Origin: Chiloscyllium plagiosum
Lineage: Eukaryota
NCBI RefSeq assembly: GCF_004010195.1
Contig: NC_057733.1
Location: 28,355,637-28,419,636 of the forward strand
DNA length: 64,000 nt
Reading direction: 5' to 3'
Position numbers and translations under genes: made by a program. Under the pieces are notes generated by a model, which saw only the letters and a list, made by a program, of their open reading frames with translations, did no database searches and had not been told where the DNA came from. Below, in pieces: positions 47,906 through 62,595 of this stretch. The first letter of the stretch is position 1. Every line of letters starts with the position of its first letter.

Positions 47906-50900
47906 TTTGTAACTGAGTCAGTTCATGTCTAAAAATTAATTCTTGGTCTGCATTTATTATTCTTCAAGCCAGTGTTGCAATTATGGGTGTTCTCATCTGA
48001 CATTTTCAACAGATCTTTTAATAAGAAATGTGCACGTTATGTACAAATGGGAATATTTGCCAGAATTATTATTTATCTCCAATTCTTAAATTTAAACAAA
48101 ATGATTATCTCTTAACAATGATGAATAACTGGAAAAGTCTTAGCAAGTTCAGGTAAACATTAAATGTTAATTAAATTCCATGAAATACCTATTGGAACAA
48201 TATAGATGAGCTGCTTTTGATCCTCATCAGGGGTGTTGAGATGGTGTACGCAAATTCCTGAAAATGAATATTGCACCCATTGCTGATGGATGATATTACT
48301 GCTCAGTGTGACCTTAAGGTAAAAAGCAGACATTTGGTAACACATCAACTTATTGTATATTTAATTCAGAGGTCTTGGTAAATGAGATGACATCAGGTCA
48401 AATCCCACCATGGAAGCTGGAGAATTTCAATTTCCTTAAACAAGTATGAAATAAAATGCTTTTATCAGTAATTGTGACACAACACTGGATTGTGCTTAAA
48501 AATCTATCCAGTGCATTGAAAATGCGATGGAAATGTCATCATCTAAAGTTTAATTTGTAATATTAATCACTGGGTATAGAGCACTTTTGAAAGCAAACAG
48601 CACTGACCCAAAGCAGCTAAAATACTGTTTGGTCGGGGATGCAAGCTGATTTTTGGTGCTGGAAAATACCCCAGATCTGACGGGGTGGGATGGAGGGAGT
48701 CTGAGAATGAGGGCAAGATGATATAAAGTGAGGGTTTGCACTGTTTTGGGAGAAGGGAAAGGGAATGAGATGGGTGGTGAAGAAGGTCGGGTGGAGTTGG
48801 AGTTGTATGGTAGGGAATCAAAAATTATGACACAACCAAACCTTCCATTACGTTTTGTAAGACAAGATGGAGGACTCCAGGTTTGGGCAGTTAGGCTATG
48901 CTCACTAATAATAAAGTTGCAGAGATGTTGGCACTTTTGACACCAAAGGAGTTACCAGCCAAGAGAAGTCACATGTTCAGCTTCTGCCCATGAGAAAGAT
49001 GATGCTTTTTCTTCGAACAAATAATTGGAGCAGTTGTCATAGGAGAGAAAGGGTAAAGGCTTTACAGCTTGTCTTTTAAACTTGTCTTCAAATCTGAGCT
49101 GTTTGGAATATGAAGGCCCATCACAAAACCTCATTTCTGCAACCCAGGGGTTCTTCAGGAAGAATTTTGAAGCAATACCACAATCCGTTATATTAGGCAC
49201 AACTGTGGTGACTATTCCAATGAGGAACCTCTGTACCAGCAACTACTGTGGCATGTGATTCTTGAATGTGCCAGCAAGTCTGAACAGTCTACTTTTTTTC
49301 TTTTCTGACTTGAAATTTGTCCAAGATTTTGGATCCAATAGTCTACAGAATCATCTTTGTCCTTTTTTCCTTCATTTTTGTGGATAATGGAATTGGATAG
49401 GTTTTAAACCGACATCTTTGTGTCTCAGCAATAAAATTTGCTCTTTACTAGTAAACTTCGGGAACCTGGCTAGATTGTTTCTTACAACAAGCTGGATACT
49501 GCAAAGTGTTTGTTTATTACATGGCCAATTCAACCTTTCTTCGACATTCATACACTGTTGCAACCAGCTCTGGAGTAGGATAAAGAGAGATATAATTTCA
49601 CCCCAAGTCAGTGGTGAGCCACACTGAAGCAGGAGCTCTTGAGACTGAAGACTTTTATGAAAATGCATCCTCACACTGGTTCCCTGAACTGCCCTCAGTC
49701 TCCAAAAATCACAATACCCCAAATTCCTCGTTAACACTGATGTTCAAGTGTTAACGAGGCTTCATTGTAGACATCAACCAGTTCAGATGTGTTATAACAC
49801 AACTCAAGTGGAACTTGTACCTCAAAGGTAGGGAGATTATCACTGTGCGACGAGCCCATAACTAATTTTAATCAACCTGTTATGACAACACCAGGGCAGA
49901 TAGGATGCAAGCCCAGGTCTTCGCTTCAGCGGTAGAGACATCACCACCAAACAAGACCATGTCATCTCACGTGTAAAGTTATTTGTTTTTAAAGAATCTG
50001 ATTGTATGAGGAGATTACTTTGATTAAATTTGAGTTTGTGTTTTCCATAAATTGTGAAATATTGTATCTTTTGTGTTGAGGGGAAAGTTAAGATGCAAAG
50101 CACATGTATTGTTTATGATTGGTGTCTGAATCATCACCTAATTTGTCATCTTTCAACCTTCTGATACAAAATCAGATTGTTGGCAACCTTGATATCATAT
50201 TTGACCACAAGATGAGCACTCACACATCGTCAAGTAGACTGAGCTCTAATCTTGCTGAACTGCCCTTTAGTTTCAGCGATTGATAAATTGACTATCCTCT
50301 GTGGTTTTTCTTATTTGACTATTCTAACATACTTCTGACCTCATTTCTATTTTCTCTCTGGTCCTTGCTCTCAATAAATATAATTTACTCATTATTGTTT
50401 GTTGAGCTTCATGACAACAGGATTGTCATTGAGATTTATTTTTTAAATTATTAATTTGATATGGTTGTGTTGTTGGATAGACAAGCAGCTATTGTCCACT
50501 CCTTATCCTTGAAGGTTCAGTGAGATCACGTGAAATGAAACTCTGCCTTTTGTTTTGTGTCTCAATAGTTTAGTTGTCAAAGATTAATAGAATTTTGTTG
50601 ACTTGAGTTCACATCAATTGTCTTTTGTAAAAGAGATCTAAATTTCAAGCATCCTTTGTGTGTCAAAGTATTTCCTAATTTCACTCCTGAATTATTACTA
50701 TAGTTTTGAGGTTATATCCATAGTCTCATTTTCCCCAAACAGCAGAAATATTTTGTCTTCATCTCACTCACTCTTCCCTTTGAAGTTTTGATCAAAATCA
50801 TCCTTTAATCTTTAAACTTGAGAGGAAAAACTATCCTATATTGCATAATCTTCCCTCTTAATTTAACATGTGAAATGCAGATATCATCTGCTAAAGTTAT

Positions 50901-52079
50901 GGCACACTCATTTAATGGCAAATATATACATCCTAAGATGTGTCTAGAACTGCGTGCTCGATTCTAGGTAAGAATCACTTCACAGAAATTAATAAGAGGC
51001 TTAAAATCAGATATTAGTTATTATTAAAGTAACACCATTAATAAAGTGTATCAACAAGCAAACTTTAAGGAAAACTCATCAATCAATATTATGTTCTTTG
51101 GGTAATAATCTTTTGTCCTTAAGTGTGGTTCAGGCAGGGCTTTGTATAATTGGAGTACAACATCAGTGACAAACAAAATCAAACTGCTGGAAAATCTGAG
51201 CAAGTCTGGTAGTATCTATGGATTGAAAACAGTTAAAGTTTGGAGTCCAATGATTGGATCTAAGAACAGTCAGTTCAGAGGATGATAGTTTGGAATGGCT
51301 CAGGAGACAAATTAAGGTGTCAAAATGTCACATCTACAAGCTGAGTGCAGGTAAGAGGTCCAGGTGGAGGGATAATTTGGAGTTGGTTTAAAGGGTCTGT
51401 GAGATAGGCAGTGGACTCTTGTCCATAGAAATAATGTAAAGATGACAGAAGTGGTGTTCAGGGTCATTTCATAGCTGAAACTCATTGAGGTCAGGATCGA
51501 AAGGAATAAAAAGTCCCTTGCCAAGTACAGAATGTTCAGTGAATCAGGATTTAGTAAAACCTTGACAAGAGGCAAGGTTAGAAGAAGGGAGGGAAGAGGA
51601 GAGTTCCAGAGGCGTATAGATATCTTGGAGTTGTAATTTGCAATGCCTGAAAGGAAGAGAAAAAGCTGCTTGTTCAAGTATCAAACTAATTGAAGAATGA
51701 AGTGGATCTGGGATGGGCAGGAGAGAGCTTGAGTGTGTGCATATGCTGACAGACAGCACGGAGTGTAGATGAGGCAAAAACCGCTTTCTGAAGAATTTTG
51801 TACTACATGGAGATACCTGAGATTCTGGGTAGACTCAAAACATGAAGGATGAAACTTCATTTGAAATCCATGTGGAATGAGTGAGTTGAGTCAGTCACAG
51901 GAACAAGTAGTAGCTATGGAAGTGAGTTTTAACAAATACCTTGTCAAAGACAAGGAGCAAAAATGAAAATAATAGTGCACAAAAAGTAAGAATGAAACAA
52001 ATCCTGTCAGAGGAGCAGAACATCTTCAAGGTGGACATGCATGGAAGAGATGTGGCATTGAATTAAACACAAAATGATA

Positions 52080-52280
52080 GTGGATGCTGTCGTTCTGAAA
52101 TAAGCAAAGACACCAACTTCTGGACTAACTGAGCAGGTCTGGCAGTGTCTGTGGAGAGAAAACTGAGTTATTGTTCTGAAGAAAGTCAGTGGACTCAACG
52201 TTAATTCTTTCTTTCCAGACCTGCTTAGTTTCTCCAAGTTCTGATTTTGTTTGTTTCAATTCTCCAGTATCCACAGTTCT
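52080..52280. mobile_element. Decayed fold-back PLE-type element, family C
   Basis: Inverted arms (gagcaggtctgg / ccagacctgctt) around CTGAAGAaagtc...gactc...aacgtta. Confidence 0.55.
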
Positions 52281-53589
52281 CTCTTAATTTTGATTTCTAT
52301 GCCCTTGCATTTCAAATTTCAGGTTGATTCCTGTGTTATAGTTGGCTTGGAACAGTTATAGAGTGAAGCACAAGTCTGACCAGTTAGTTAGTGAAATGGC
52401 TTAGATGTCTTTTTTTTCCATTCCTTAACATGCATGTAGTCCTATGTTGTAGCTTCAGTACCTTGGAACCTCACTTTTAAGGAAACTTTGTGCTATTCCT
52501 GTCAATTACACGAATTACTCAACCAAATTTGGCCTCCTGGCTTGACGTAAGTGATTGAGGGAAGAATATGGCAGGCCATGAGATCATTGACTGTTTTAGG
52601 ATATAATGATGCTGCCCACAGCATATCATGGATGCCCTCTGAGGTAGGCCATCTATTCTGCACTTATCCCACTTAGCTCAGTGTACTACCGGCTAGTATT
52701 ACAGGTATAATGGAGACCCAATCTGAGCACAAGGATGGGTCGTCTTCTCCGCAGGACTGCGTAGAGTTCATTTTCTTAACTGATCATATCATGTATCAAT
52801 GCATCAGCACCAGGTGGATTGCGAAAGCCGAGGTCAATTATATTTCCTTCGTTTTGGTGCTGCAGACTATAGATCTGGATAAATAGATGAGTCCTTCAGC
52901 ATTCATTCTGTTTCAATGAAGAGTACAGGAGAGGATACCAGCTGTGATACCACACCTACCCTAATAATGAGGTGTCAACTTAATGAAGGTACAACACAGG
53001 ACTACTTGCATGATTATAGCATAAAAGCAAATGTAAATAGCGGTAGACAATTAAACAAATTGATATGATCCACAAATATCCTGACCCTCACTAATGGTGG
53101 ATAGTCCAGCTGAGTGCAGATAACAAGACAGAAGTATTTGCAGTAATCTTGAGTTGGAAGTGCCAAGTGAATGGTCCATCTGTTCTGGAGAGGTCATACT
53201 GGGCTGAGCATTAACTCTGTTTCTCCCTCCACAGATGCGACCAGATCTGCTGAATTTCTGTTGCAATGCCTGTTTGTATTTCATAGAACATAGAAGAATA
53301 CAGTGCAGTACAGGCCCTTCGGTCCTCGATGTTGCGCCGATCTAAGCCCACCTAACCTACACTAGCCCACTATCCTCCATATGCCTATCCAATGCCTGCT
53401 TAAATGCCCATAATGAGGGAGAGTCCACCACTGCTACTGGCAGGGCATTCCATGAACTCACGACTCGCTGAGTAAAGAACCTACCCCTAACATCTGTCCT
53501 ATACCTACCCCCCCCCTTAATTTAAAGCTATGCCCCCTTGTAATAGCTGATTCCTAGCATCCACATTATTTTGCTTTTATTTGGATGAT

Positions 53590-54880
53590 CTGTCTGCGCC
53601 ATCTCTGGAGGTCCCCAGCACCACACGTCAGTTTCTGGAAGTTGTCAATAAACAACTGGAGGCATTAAATACTACAAAGTTTATGGACTGTGACATCATT
53701 CTGCCAATAGTGCTGAAAGACTTGTGCTGCAGAACTTGCCATGCCATTAGCCAAGCTGTTGCTGTACAGTGACAAGATTGGGTGTCTAATTGACAATATG
53801 GAAAATTGCTCACGTTTGGCTTGTACACAAATGCAGAGTAAATCCAACAAAGCCAATTACCACTCCATCGGTCTCTTTCCAGTTATCAGTAAAGTGATGG
53901 AAGGGGTTAGTGATAAGCACCACTGGTGTAACAATAACCTGTTTCCATTCCACCAGGCCACTCTGTTGCTGATGTTGCTTCATCAGTGATCTTCTTTCTA
54001 TCATAAGGTCAGAAGTGAGGATGTTTTCTGATGATTATACATAATGTGACATTACACATGCCAAATAATGTCTGACGACTCAGATTCTGAATTATTCTGT
54101 GCTTGTCAGCCTCTACACCTGGATAATGTCTAGGTTTGGGTGAGAAGTATCAAGTAGTGCGCATATTATAAAAATATCAGGCAACAGCCATCTCGAACAA
54201 AAGAGAATCTAATCAAGACAATTCATGACATTAAATCGCCCAGTATCCACTTTCTGGGGTTTCCATTCACCAGAAACTGAATTTGACTATATAGAAAAAC
54301 TGGGGCTGCAAAAGCTGTTTGGAGGCTTGCAATTCTGCAGCAAGTAACTCACCTATTTTTCAATTCAGACCCACCATTTACAAGAATTGAATCAGGGGTG
54401 TGATGGACTATTATTCATGTGCATGATTGTGTGCAGGTCCAACAAGCACAGCAGCATCTTGATAAAGCTTGGTTGGTACACCATCCAACATTTTTAAAAT
54501 AGTCACTTCACAATCAAATCACAGTGGCAGCAGTGTGTATCATCTACAAGATGCACTGTTGCAACTCACCAACCCTCCTTTGACAGCACCTTCCAAAGTT
54601 GTGACCACTACTTACATAATGGGATAAGAGCAATAGATACATGGGAATACCACCACCTGCAAGTGCTTCAAATTACACATTAGTGTGACTCGGAATTTTA
54701 TCACAAATCCTTAACTGTTGCAGGGTCAAAATCCTGGAATTCCCTTTCGACCAGTATTGTGGATGCACTTACTGGAATAGTTCAAGAAGACTCACCACCA
54801 GCTTCTCAAAGACAATTAAGGATGAGTAATGAATGCTGTACTAACCAATGATGCCCACATCCCATGAACAAATAAAAAAG
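53590..54880 (+). mobile_element. Decayed LINE (CR1-like) RT region and 3' end
   Basis: ANYHSIGLFPVISKVMEGV, MFSDD-type motif, heavily degraded. Confidence 0.65.
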
Positions 54881-55760
54881 ATATTGTGCTGCACTGGATT
54901 AGCAACCTGGTGATGTTTACGAGCAAGGTACCATCTCACTCAGATTCAGCAGGTCATTTTCCATTGTGGAAAATAGGCTTTTGTATATAACGTATGGAAA
55001 AATAAAATATAGAGAAATCTTTGAACCACTGAACTGTTGCAAGATTGTTGTGCTTGAGATTGTGGATATGATTACTCAGTGGAGTATGGGCAGGTGCAGA
55101 CGTACAACTTTTGTGCCAACTGTTTTTAACATTCACTCTTCAACTTCTCGGTTGTTCCATCATCACGAGATTTAATTGAAAGCGGTGCTATAGCTTTTCA
55201 AGGATTTCGTTGTTAAGGGAAATATGAAAAAAAAAGCAAAAGTTGGAATCATGCAACATCTTTCGAAACTAATCAATATTTTTTCAATCCTTAACAGTAA
55301 TAAATTAAAGTCACCATAATCCTACTGGAGCATAGGGCTGCTCTTTCATTAGAGAGCGATGAGATGACTGCTGATGGTTTAACCTGAGGATCACCATGCC
55401 TCGGGGAGAGTTTAAAGAGACCTAACGGTCTTTGAGAAGGGAGTGGTGAACATGTATGATGCAGATGGGGCTTTACAACAATCACTTAATCAGATTGTTT
55501 CCTGACTCTGAGACTCGCTTTTAATTCCAGTATGAGGAATTAATTGAAATTGAATTTCGCCACAGTGGGATTGAACCTGTGCCCTCACAACATGAGTCTG
55601 GGCCGCAGGATTATTTCATATTACCATATGGCTTCAGACCAAAAGAGGTCATTCTCCATAATGGAAATGGGTTTCGCAATATAAAAACATGGAAATTTAA
55701 TTTAAAGGAGCGCCAGTCAATTACAGCCTTTAGGCGTTTGAACAATCAATTCAGTTCAAT

Positions 55761-55817
55761 CCAATGACGATGCCTGTTTATGGCGGAGCCTTTAAATACC
55801 AGAGTGGAGGGCGGGAT
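55761..55817 (+). promoter_or_regulatory. Candidate proximal promoter elements of the downstream gene
   Basis: CCAAT 55761-55765, GGGCGG 55809-55814, local rise in CpG. Confidence 0.4.
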
Positions 55818-55970
55818 GAAGGAAATGACGATCTGTTTTAAAATCCGATTCATCTTTACATGCCATCTGTGATTTAGACCAGCAGCGTTATCCGTCGACA
55901 GAGCTACTTAAACGCAGTGACTAGACGAAATTAAGTCAGTTCAGGGCTCTGGTATTTGAAGAGAGAGAAA

Positions 55971-56384
55971 ATGGACCTAGCGGTGGATGTTTATGTGGCT
56001 GTCCCGCTGCTCTTCACTGTGCTGGCTGTTATTATCGCTTCTTTATATCTGAGATTCAGACCGTCCGATCCTAGTGTTAAAGAACAGGATGCGAGTTCTA
56101 AAGTTGACGGGAGTAAAGCCGACGAGGAGCCAAAGAGGAAAGATTCCGAGGAGGTGAAGAAGCCCGAAGATGTGAAAGAAGAGCAAGCGGAGAAGAGAGA
56201 TGAGGAGCCAGAGAAAGCTAAAGGCAAGCTGCCAGTGGAGGACATCGGAGCCGGAGAGGGAAATCTCCAGAATCAAGAGCCAACTAAAAACTCTGAGAAG
56301 GAACCCGCAGTTGCCGAGGAGAAAAGCCCCCCGACTAACGAAGCGAAGCAAGAGCCCAGTAACCCCGAGGAGAAGCTTAAAAAG
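55971..56384 (+). CDS. MXRA7: Probable MXRA7 coding exon 1 (N-terminal TM helix, then E/K/P-rich low-complexity region)
   Basis: MDLAVDVYVAVPLLFTVLAVIIASLYLRFR followed by an acidic linker; AAG|GTAAAA donor; same orientation and position downstream of JMJD6 as in other vertebrates; conserved C-terminal exons not seen in the window. Confidence 0.8.
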
Positions 56385-56815
56385 GTAAAATGAAGTGGGG
56401 GGAGGGGGACGGAATCTGGCGAAGAATTGACTTTTTTTTTCTTTTGTTGTTCAGTGGTCTTTTGGCTGAAGGGCTTTTTTCCCCTCTGTTACGCACGGAA
56501 TATTGACTTTCCTGATGTGTGTAACTCTGCAAGGTGACGTGGACGAGACATGCAGATGTGGCCAGGCTTTGGAGCCGAGTGGATTTTAACCTCCAGCTGT
56601 TTTAAGGGTGTCAGTTTTAGTGGGGTTTTAAGGGGAGGTAGAGAAGGCGGGTCCTTCCCCGGGGTTACGCTACTGCTGCATTAGAGAAACGTCTGGTTTC
56701 AGAGCCAATACTCGATCAATAGCGCTACAGTGCCGCACTAACACATCTCCAAAACAGAACAATGAAAACTCTGAAGATGGCCAACACTCAGTCGGCGAGT
56801 ACTGTGTCTCGATCA

Positions 56816-56947
56816 TTCTCTTGGCGAAGAGTCAAGCTGGACTCGAAACGTTAACTATTCCCCTTTCCACAGATGCTGCCAGATCTACTGAGTTTCTCTA
56901 GCACTTTGTTTCAGATTTCCAGCATCTGCAGTATTTTGCTTTTATTC
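56816..56947 (+). mobile_element. PLE-type short insert, family C, hammerhead-like, 10-bp TSD
   Basis: TSD gtctcgatca at 56806-56815 and 56948-56957; ttggcga-a-gagtc/gactc-GAAACGTTA. Confidence 0.75.
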
Positions 56948-59900
56948 GTCTCGATCACTGATCGATAGCGCTTTATTTCTTTATCTGTGGAATAACTGAT
57001 ACGGAATGGGTTTTTTTTTAAGCTGCACACGATTAGTTTTGTTTGCGGTGAGACGTGAATTTCAGGTGCCGGTGCCCACATTCTCTACATCAGACGGAGA
57101 CAATAGTGAGCTCGTAGTCTGCCGCTCCCTGTGCCAGTCCTGGGTATGGCAAATGGCTGGAAATGGACCAAGTGTCCATATGTGACACCTAAGCATAATC
57201 TTTGGGCACTGAGCTAGTCGACTTGTGTTCCTTTCCCTGTAGCTTAGGGCACTTGGTCCTAATTGCTTGTTTTTGTTTTCTCTCTGATCACCTCACCACA
57301 CAGCCCGCAGAACTGCCCACTTGTTTGTATAACGTCGTTGTGTTTACAACTAAGTTCTATCTGATCTGACGAGCAAATTAGAACCTTCTGCCTCCTTTTT
57401 AAAATTCTAATTGTTCAGTTAGAAAGTTAGCGTTTTACAACAACCTCCTGAAGCGATTGATCTTTCCTGGGCAAGGGGATTCCAGACATGGCAGCTGCTG
57501 CTCAGCTTGTGTTATAGCTGTACTTCCAGTTTGGAGACCGTTCATAACAGGGCGCGTCTTATCAAAGTTTCCTTTGTGCAGTTTTTAAACCGTTTTAATC
57601 ACGTTGCATCTTATAAAAGCAGTATTGTATGAAAAAGTGGCATCCCACTCAGCGTTTTGTCCTCTGCATAGTTTTTTTGGAATCAACTGAGTTGGGAATG
57701 ATTGATCGGTGTGGTTATGTTTGAGTATGTCAGTCTTTTTTTTTAATTTGACCTGTGTATTTGAGGGGGAGGAGTGAAACTGGGATGCAGATTCCTTTTG
57801 GAATGATGGCAAATGCAAATTACTGCAGGTTACTGTTTGGAAATTGAAATGCACAGATCTCCAAAATAAAATTGCATGTAAGATAAGGATCAAACCCAAA
57901 TCTTAGATGTGTGGTACCAAAGTTGTTTGAAGTGAAACTTTGCCTTGCCTGGTGGTGCAGAGAATCAAACAACATCTCCTTGATGTTCGATGGTATTACT
58001 ATTGTTGAATCTGACAATCGAGACAGGGAGGTAAACCATTGAACTGGACTAGCCATATGAATACTGTGGTTATAATTGCAGGTCATAGCTTCATGAATTC
58101 TGTGACCAGTAACTTGCCTCTAATATAGCTGTATACAAGGCACACGTCAGTGAGGGATGTATTTATTGCTTGGCAACATGAGTGCAACTCCAAAAATAAA
58201 TTTGTAACTTCAGGATTCGAGGGTTATTTGATTAGCACCCCATCTACTACCTTCAATATGCATTCCTTTCCTGCAGGTGGGCAGCAGTGTCCTGGGCAAG
58301 ATGTACTGGAGATCTAAATCCTTCAACAGTACCTTCCAACACACATCTCTCCTAACTGGAAGGACAAGGGTTCTGATGCATAGTAACAATATTTGCATAT
58401 TCCCCTCAGTGTTTATCCCTCCTCACTTGGAGTTATGTCGCTATTCCTTCTCTCACTGGCTTAAAATCTTAACTCCCATGGACCACAGCATGTCCCTACA
58501 CCTAGAATTGAAGATGACTGCTCCCCAACACCTTTCTTAGAATGATTTTAAGGATGAGTCACAAATAGCCTAATGAGTGATTAATGATATGTGAACATAA
58601 ATAAGGGAAAGGCCAAGCATTTGATGCCCAGGTCTATCATGAGTTATTTCACTTAGAGCTATCTAATAATATGCCATCAAATTTGCAGAACAAAATGTTT
58701 GGTGTTTCCATAACTGAATCATATATATTTTGACTATTTGCTCAGGCTTGGATGTTGAGCATATCCTTAATCTTTTAGGGCAGTTGTTTTGATTGATGGA
58801 ATCCTGAGTAGTTTGCTGAACTGGGGTGTACTTAGCCAGCTTTTTTTGAGTATGGTATTGTTGATCATTGAAGCATAATGACTGGAAACTAGAAATAAGC
58901 CCCAAATATTCTACTCCAGACTTGCGAGGTATCCTCTTTATCTGTTGCCCTTTTCTACGACTTGTGAACAAATTATACTTTAATTTGCTACGGTCAGATA
59001 TTTTTAAATTCTCTGCTTTAAAAATTTTGGACTGTTTGCCTTTGTTTACCAAGGCCTGAAAGACTCCAGATTCCTCTGCATTGACAACAGCCAAACTTCA
59101 ATTGAAATAAAAGGTCAAGATAGCAAGAAGTAACATTTTTAAAAAGTACAAACACTTGAATATAAGATTATTGGTCATAATTTCATATCTCCCTTTTTGT
59201 TTTGTTGGAGTGGAGTCATATGTTGTAATGCCTGAAATATGATCAGATTGTGTACGTAAGCTCCACACAGTAGTATTCTTTCCTGAGGTTTCACACAAGA
59301 TGCAATTCACACACTAACTTCTGCCAACAGTAAGTTTATTAAAACTTACACACAAGTTAGGTGACCCCCTTTGACCCTGCTTGCAGGCATGCAAAGTTGA
59401 GTCAAGAGATCCCAAACAAAGAAAACACATGTCTTTATACAGGTCAGTTGGTAATGCATACAGATACTCTGGCCACTCCCCACAGTAATGTGCCACTGAA
59501 GACATCCCCAGCCACTTTGTCACAGTCACATGTTACTCCAGGTACGATGGTAGGATGCGGTCATCCCCAGATAATGTAAATACCGTAATCCTGGGGAATT
59601 GTTACACAGATGATTTCCTGACTGTTTTGGGGGAAATCAATGTAGGTGTGATATATCCTAGCTTTGGGGAATGATTGAAAGCTTTTCTGATAGTTTAATT
59701 TGATAGCAGGGGAATAGTAGCAAATTACGGTCGAAAGAGTGGGAGTCATCCACATTCCTGCATAAATGTTGTCCCCACCCACTTCCAGAATGTTTGGTCA
59801 GTACAGTTTAACCCTTCAATATTACTAATGCCCAGAGCTATTCTTTGACATAACCAGATACTCTAATCATATTGTAATGTTCAAAATTAACTTAATCTGA

Positions 59901-59999
59901 ACACCAGCCCAAACTCAAATTCAGAACAATCTAGTTATTTTAGATTTCATCTGCAAACAGAAGGCCTCATTTGATATGGTCTTCATCTATGTCACTCCT

Positions 60000-61449
60000 C
60001 CTCAAATGACACTCCAGTGCAAGAGGAGCAGGAACATCTGGAAGCAGAACAGGCTTAGCAACCACCTTTAATGACCTCTGGGCAAACCCCATTCCCAATC
60101 TGAAACACCCCAAATGAACAGTTGGTCCTTCAGTATATTTAAAAAAAAGAATTAGTGGCATTCCACTGTCTCCTTTTTTTTTGAAGGTGGGGGTGTTGGT
60201 GTGGGCAAGGCAGAAGATTTTATTCTGTGCTGAAGTAAGAATCAAGATAAAATAACTAAGACTCCCCTAAACTAAATCCTTTCTCAAAATTAAGATGTCA
60301 CCCAATCACTTTGTAGTATGAGCCAAGAATAAGAAGTTTAAAAAGTCATGGAACTTCTGTAATCTACTGGGTTCTACCTCTTTAAGTTGAAAGGAAATCA
60401 GGCTGTAACTTGAAATAGCTACACTTAAAAAGGGATGCAATTTTGTATTGATGGTCGGTCATACGTTCTTAAAACTTCAGGCTAAAGATGATCCAGCTGC
60501 CTCCTGCATTTCCTTCTATTAGTGATTTTGAGCTATTTGGTATGTTGTGCATGAAGAAAAGTCAGTTGTTTGTCAGAATGTTGCCTATTGCTTTGTTGCA
60601 AGTTACGAGTGGTTTACATACATTCCTGGCTGTTGTACATGCTTAATTAGTCTTAACAAATTTCCAGTACAAAGCTGCCTTCGGTATTTTAACTGTGGAA
60701 AGAGCTTTATGGTAGGGAGTCTGTGTATAGAATGAGCTGCCAGAGTAAGTGGTGGAGACTGGTACAATTGCAGCATTTAAAAAGCACCTGGATTTCTATA
60801 TGAACAGAGGGTTTGGAGGGATATGGACCAAATGCTAGTAAATGGGTCTAGATTAGGTGCAGATATCTGGTTAGCATGGAAGAGTTGGACCTAAAGGGTC
60901 TGTTTCCTTGCTGTACATCTGACTGTCTATTCTTGCATTGTTTTGCAAAACTGAAGTAAATTGGGCATCTGGAAGTTCAAATAAGTGTCTAAGCATCTAA
61001 ATTGCTGGTGTTGTATAAGCATTTCTGGACTCTGGTCACTAGTATTAAAAGCTAATGTGAATGGTGGAGAGAGGGATCATTCAACAAATCTGGCAATCTA
61101 TGAATTTCAGCTGACTTTGTGTGCAAGGTCTTGAGACAATGTATGTAATGAAGATCAAACACCACTTTTTCTTGCAAATTGACTAATCCTCAAGAAGTGA
61201 GAACCCACCTCTTGACTTCCACCTGGCATCTGCCATGCCCACACCAACCCACCCCTTATTTAAAATGGGACTGGTGGAATGCCATGCAAACTGATGTCCT
61301 CTTTATACTGAAAGATCAACTCTTGATTTTTGGGTGCTTAAGGTTAGGGGAGCCAGTGGGGTTTGTTCAGTGGCCATGTAAGGTGACTGCTAGCCTGTTC
61401 TGCTTCCAGATGTTCCTGCTCCGAATAGAATATGATGCCATTTGAGTTA
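60000..61449. repeat. Inverted pair of ~220-bp diverged repeats (60000-60216 on +, 61225-61449 on -)
   Basis: Shared ggagcaggaacatctggaagcagaacaggct and ttggtgtgggca blocks in opposite orientation. Confidence 0.75.
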
Positions 61450-61849
61450 TTGGTTTGGTATTTTTCCTCCTTCCTGTTGTACCTGCTGTCTTGGACATAA
61501 AGGTTTGGTTCTGCCAGATGCAATAACGTTGGCAAGCTTTTCCCTGGACGGAAACAACATCAAAACTAGATGGTGCCTTCAGAATTTTTCTTATGACCTC
61601 TTTTTGACTACCATTAACACAGCCAGATTCTTCAGGATTCTGGCAAAACTAGCAGTCCAGCTGTTACAACTGTCTCTATGGTGTGGCTGTTGGCTTTGGT
61701 TGGTTCTATACCTGACACATGCTTCCTCCTTTTTCTTAACCAAACCTTCAGTTTCTTTAGTCATCCAGCATTCCCTTTACCTACCAGCCTTCCCTTTTCA
61801 CCCTGACAGGAATATACTTTCTCTGGAGGGGTGAAAGGGAAGGCTAGTA

Positions 61850-62595
61850 AGTATAGGGAATGGTAAGGTCCTAGGGAATGTTACTGAACAAAGTCCTTGG
61901 AGTGCAGGTTCATAGCTCCTTGAAAGTGGAGTCACAGGTAGATAGGATAGTGAAGGCAGCATTTGGTATGCTTTCCTTTATTGGTCAGAGTATTGACTAC
62001 TGGAGTTGGGAGGTCAGGTTGCAGCTGTACAAGACATTGGTGAGGCCACTGTTGGAATACTGCATGCAGTTCTGGTCTCCTTCCTATCGGAAAGATGTTG
62101 TGAAACGTGAAAGGGTTCAGAAACTATTTGCAAGGGTATTGCCAGGGTTGGAGGATCTGAGCTATAGGGAGATGCTGAACAGGCTGGGGCTGTTTTCCCT
62201 GGAGCATTGGAGGCTGAGGGGTGACCTTATAGAGGCTTACAAAATTGAGGGGCATGGATAGGGTAAATAGGCCAAGTCTTTCTTTTTCCCTGGGGTCGGG
62301 GAGTCCAGAACTAGAGGGCATAGGTTTAGGGTGAGAGGGGAAAGATATAAAAGAGACCTAAGGGGCAACGTTTTCATGCAGAGGGTGGTATGCATATGGA
62401 ATGAGCTGCCAGGGGATGTGGTGGAGGCTGGTACAATTGCAACATTTGGATGGGTATATGAATAGGAAGGGTTTGGAAGAATATGGGCCGGGTGCTGGCA
62501 GGTGGGACTAGATTGGGTTGGGATATCTGGTTGGCATGGACAGGTTGGACCGAAGGGTCTATTTCCATGCTGTACATCTCTATGACTGACTGACT
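61850..62595 (+). mobile_element. CR1/HER1-like LINE 3' part
   Basis: LGVQVHSSLKVESQVDRIVK...EYCMQFWSPSYRKD; gact tail. Confidence 0.92.

Noticed and set aside
59985-60060. Glu-rich frame (VQEEQEHLEAEQA) as MXRA7 exon 2
   Set aside because: Ends in a stop, lacks splice sites and lies in a repeat with an inverted copy at ~61.4 kb
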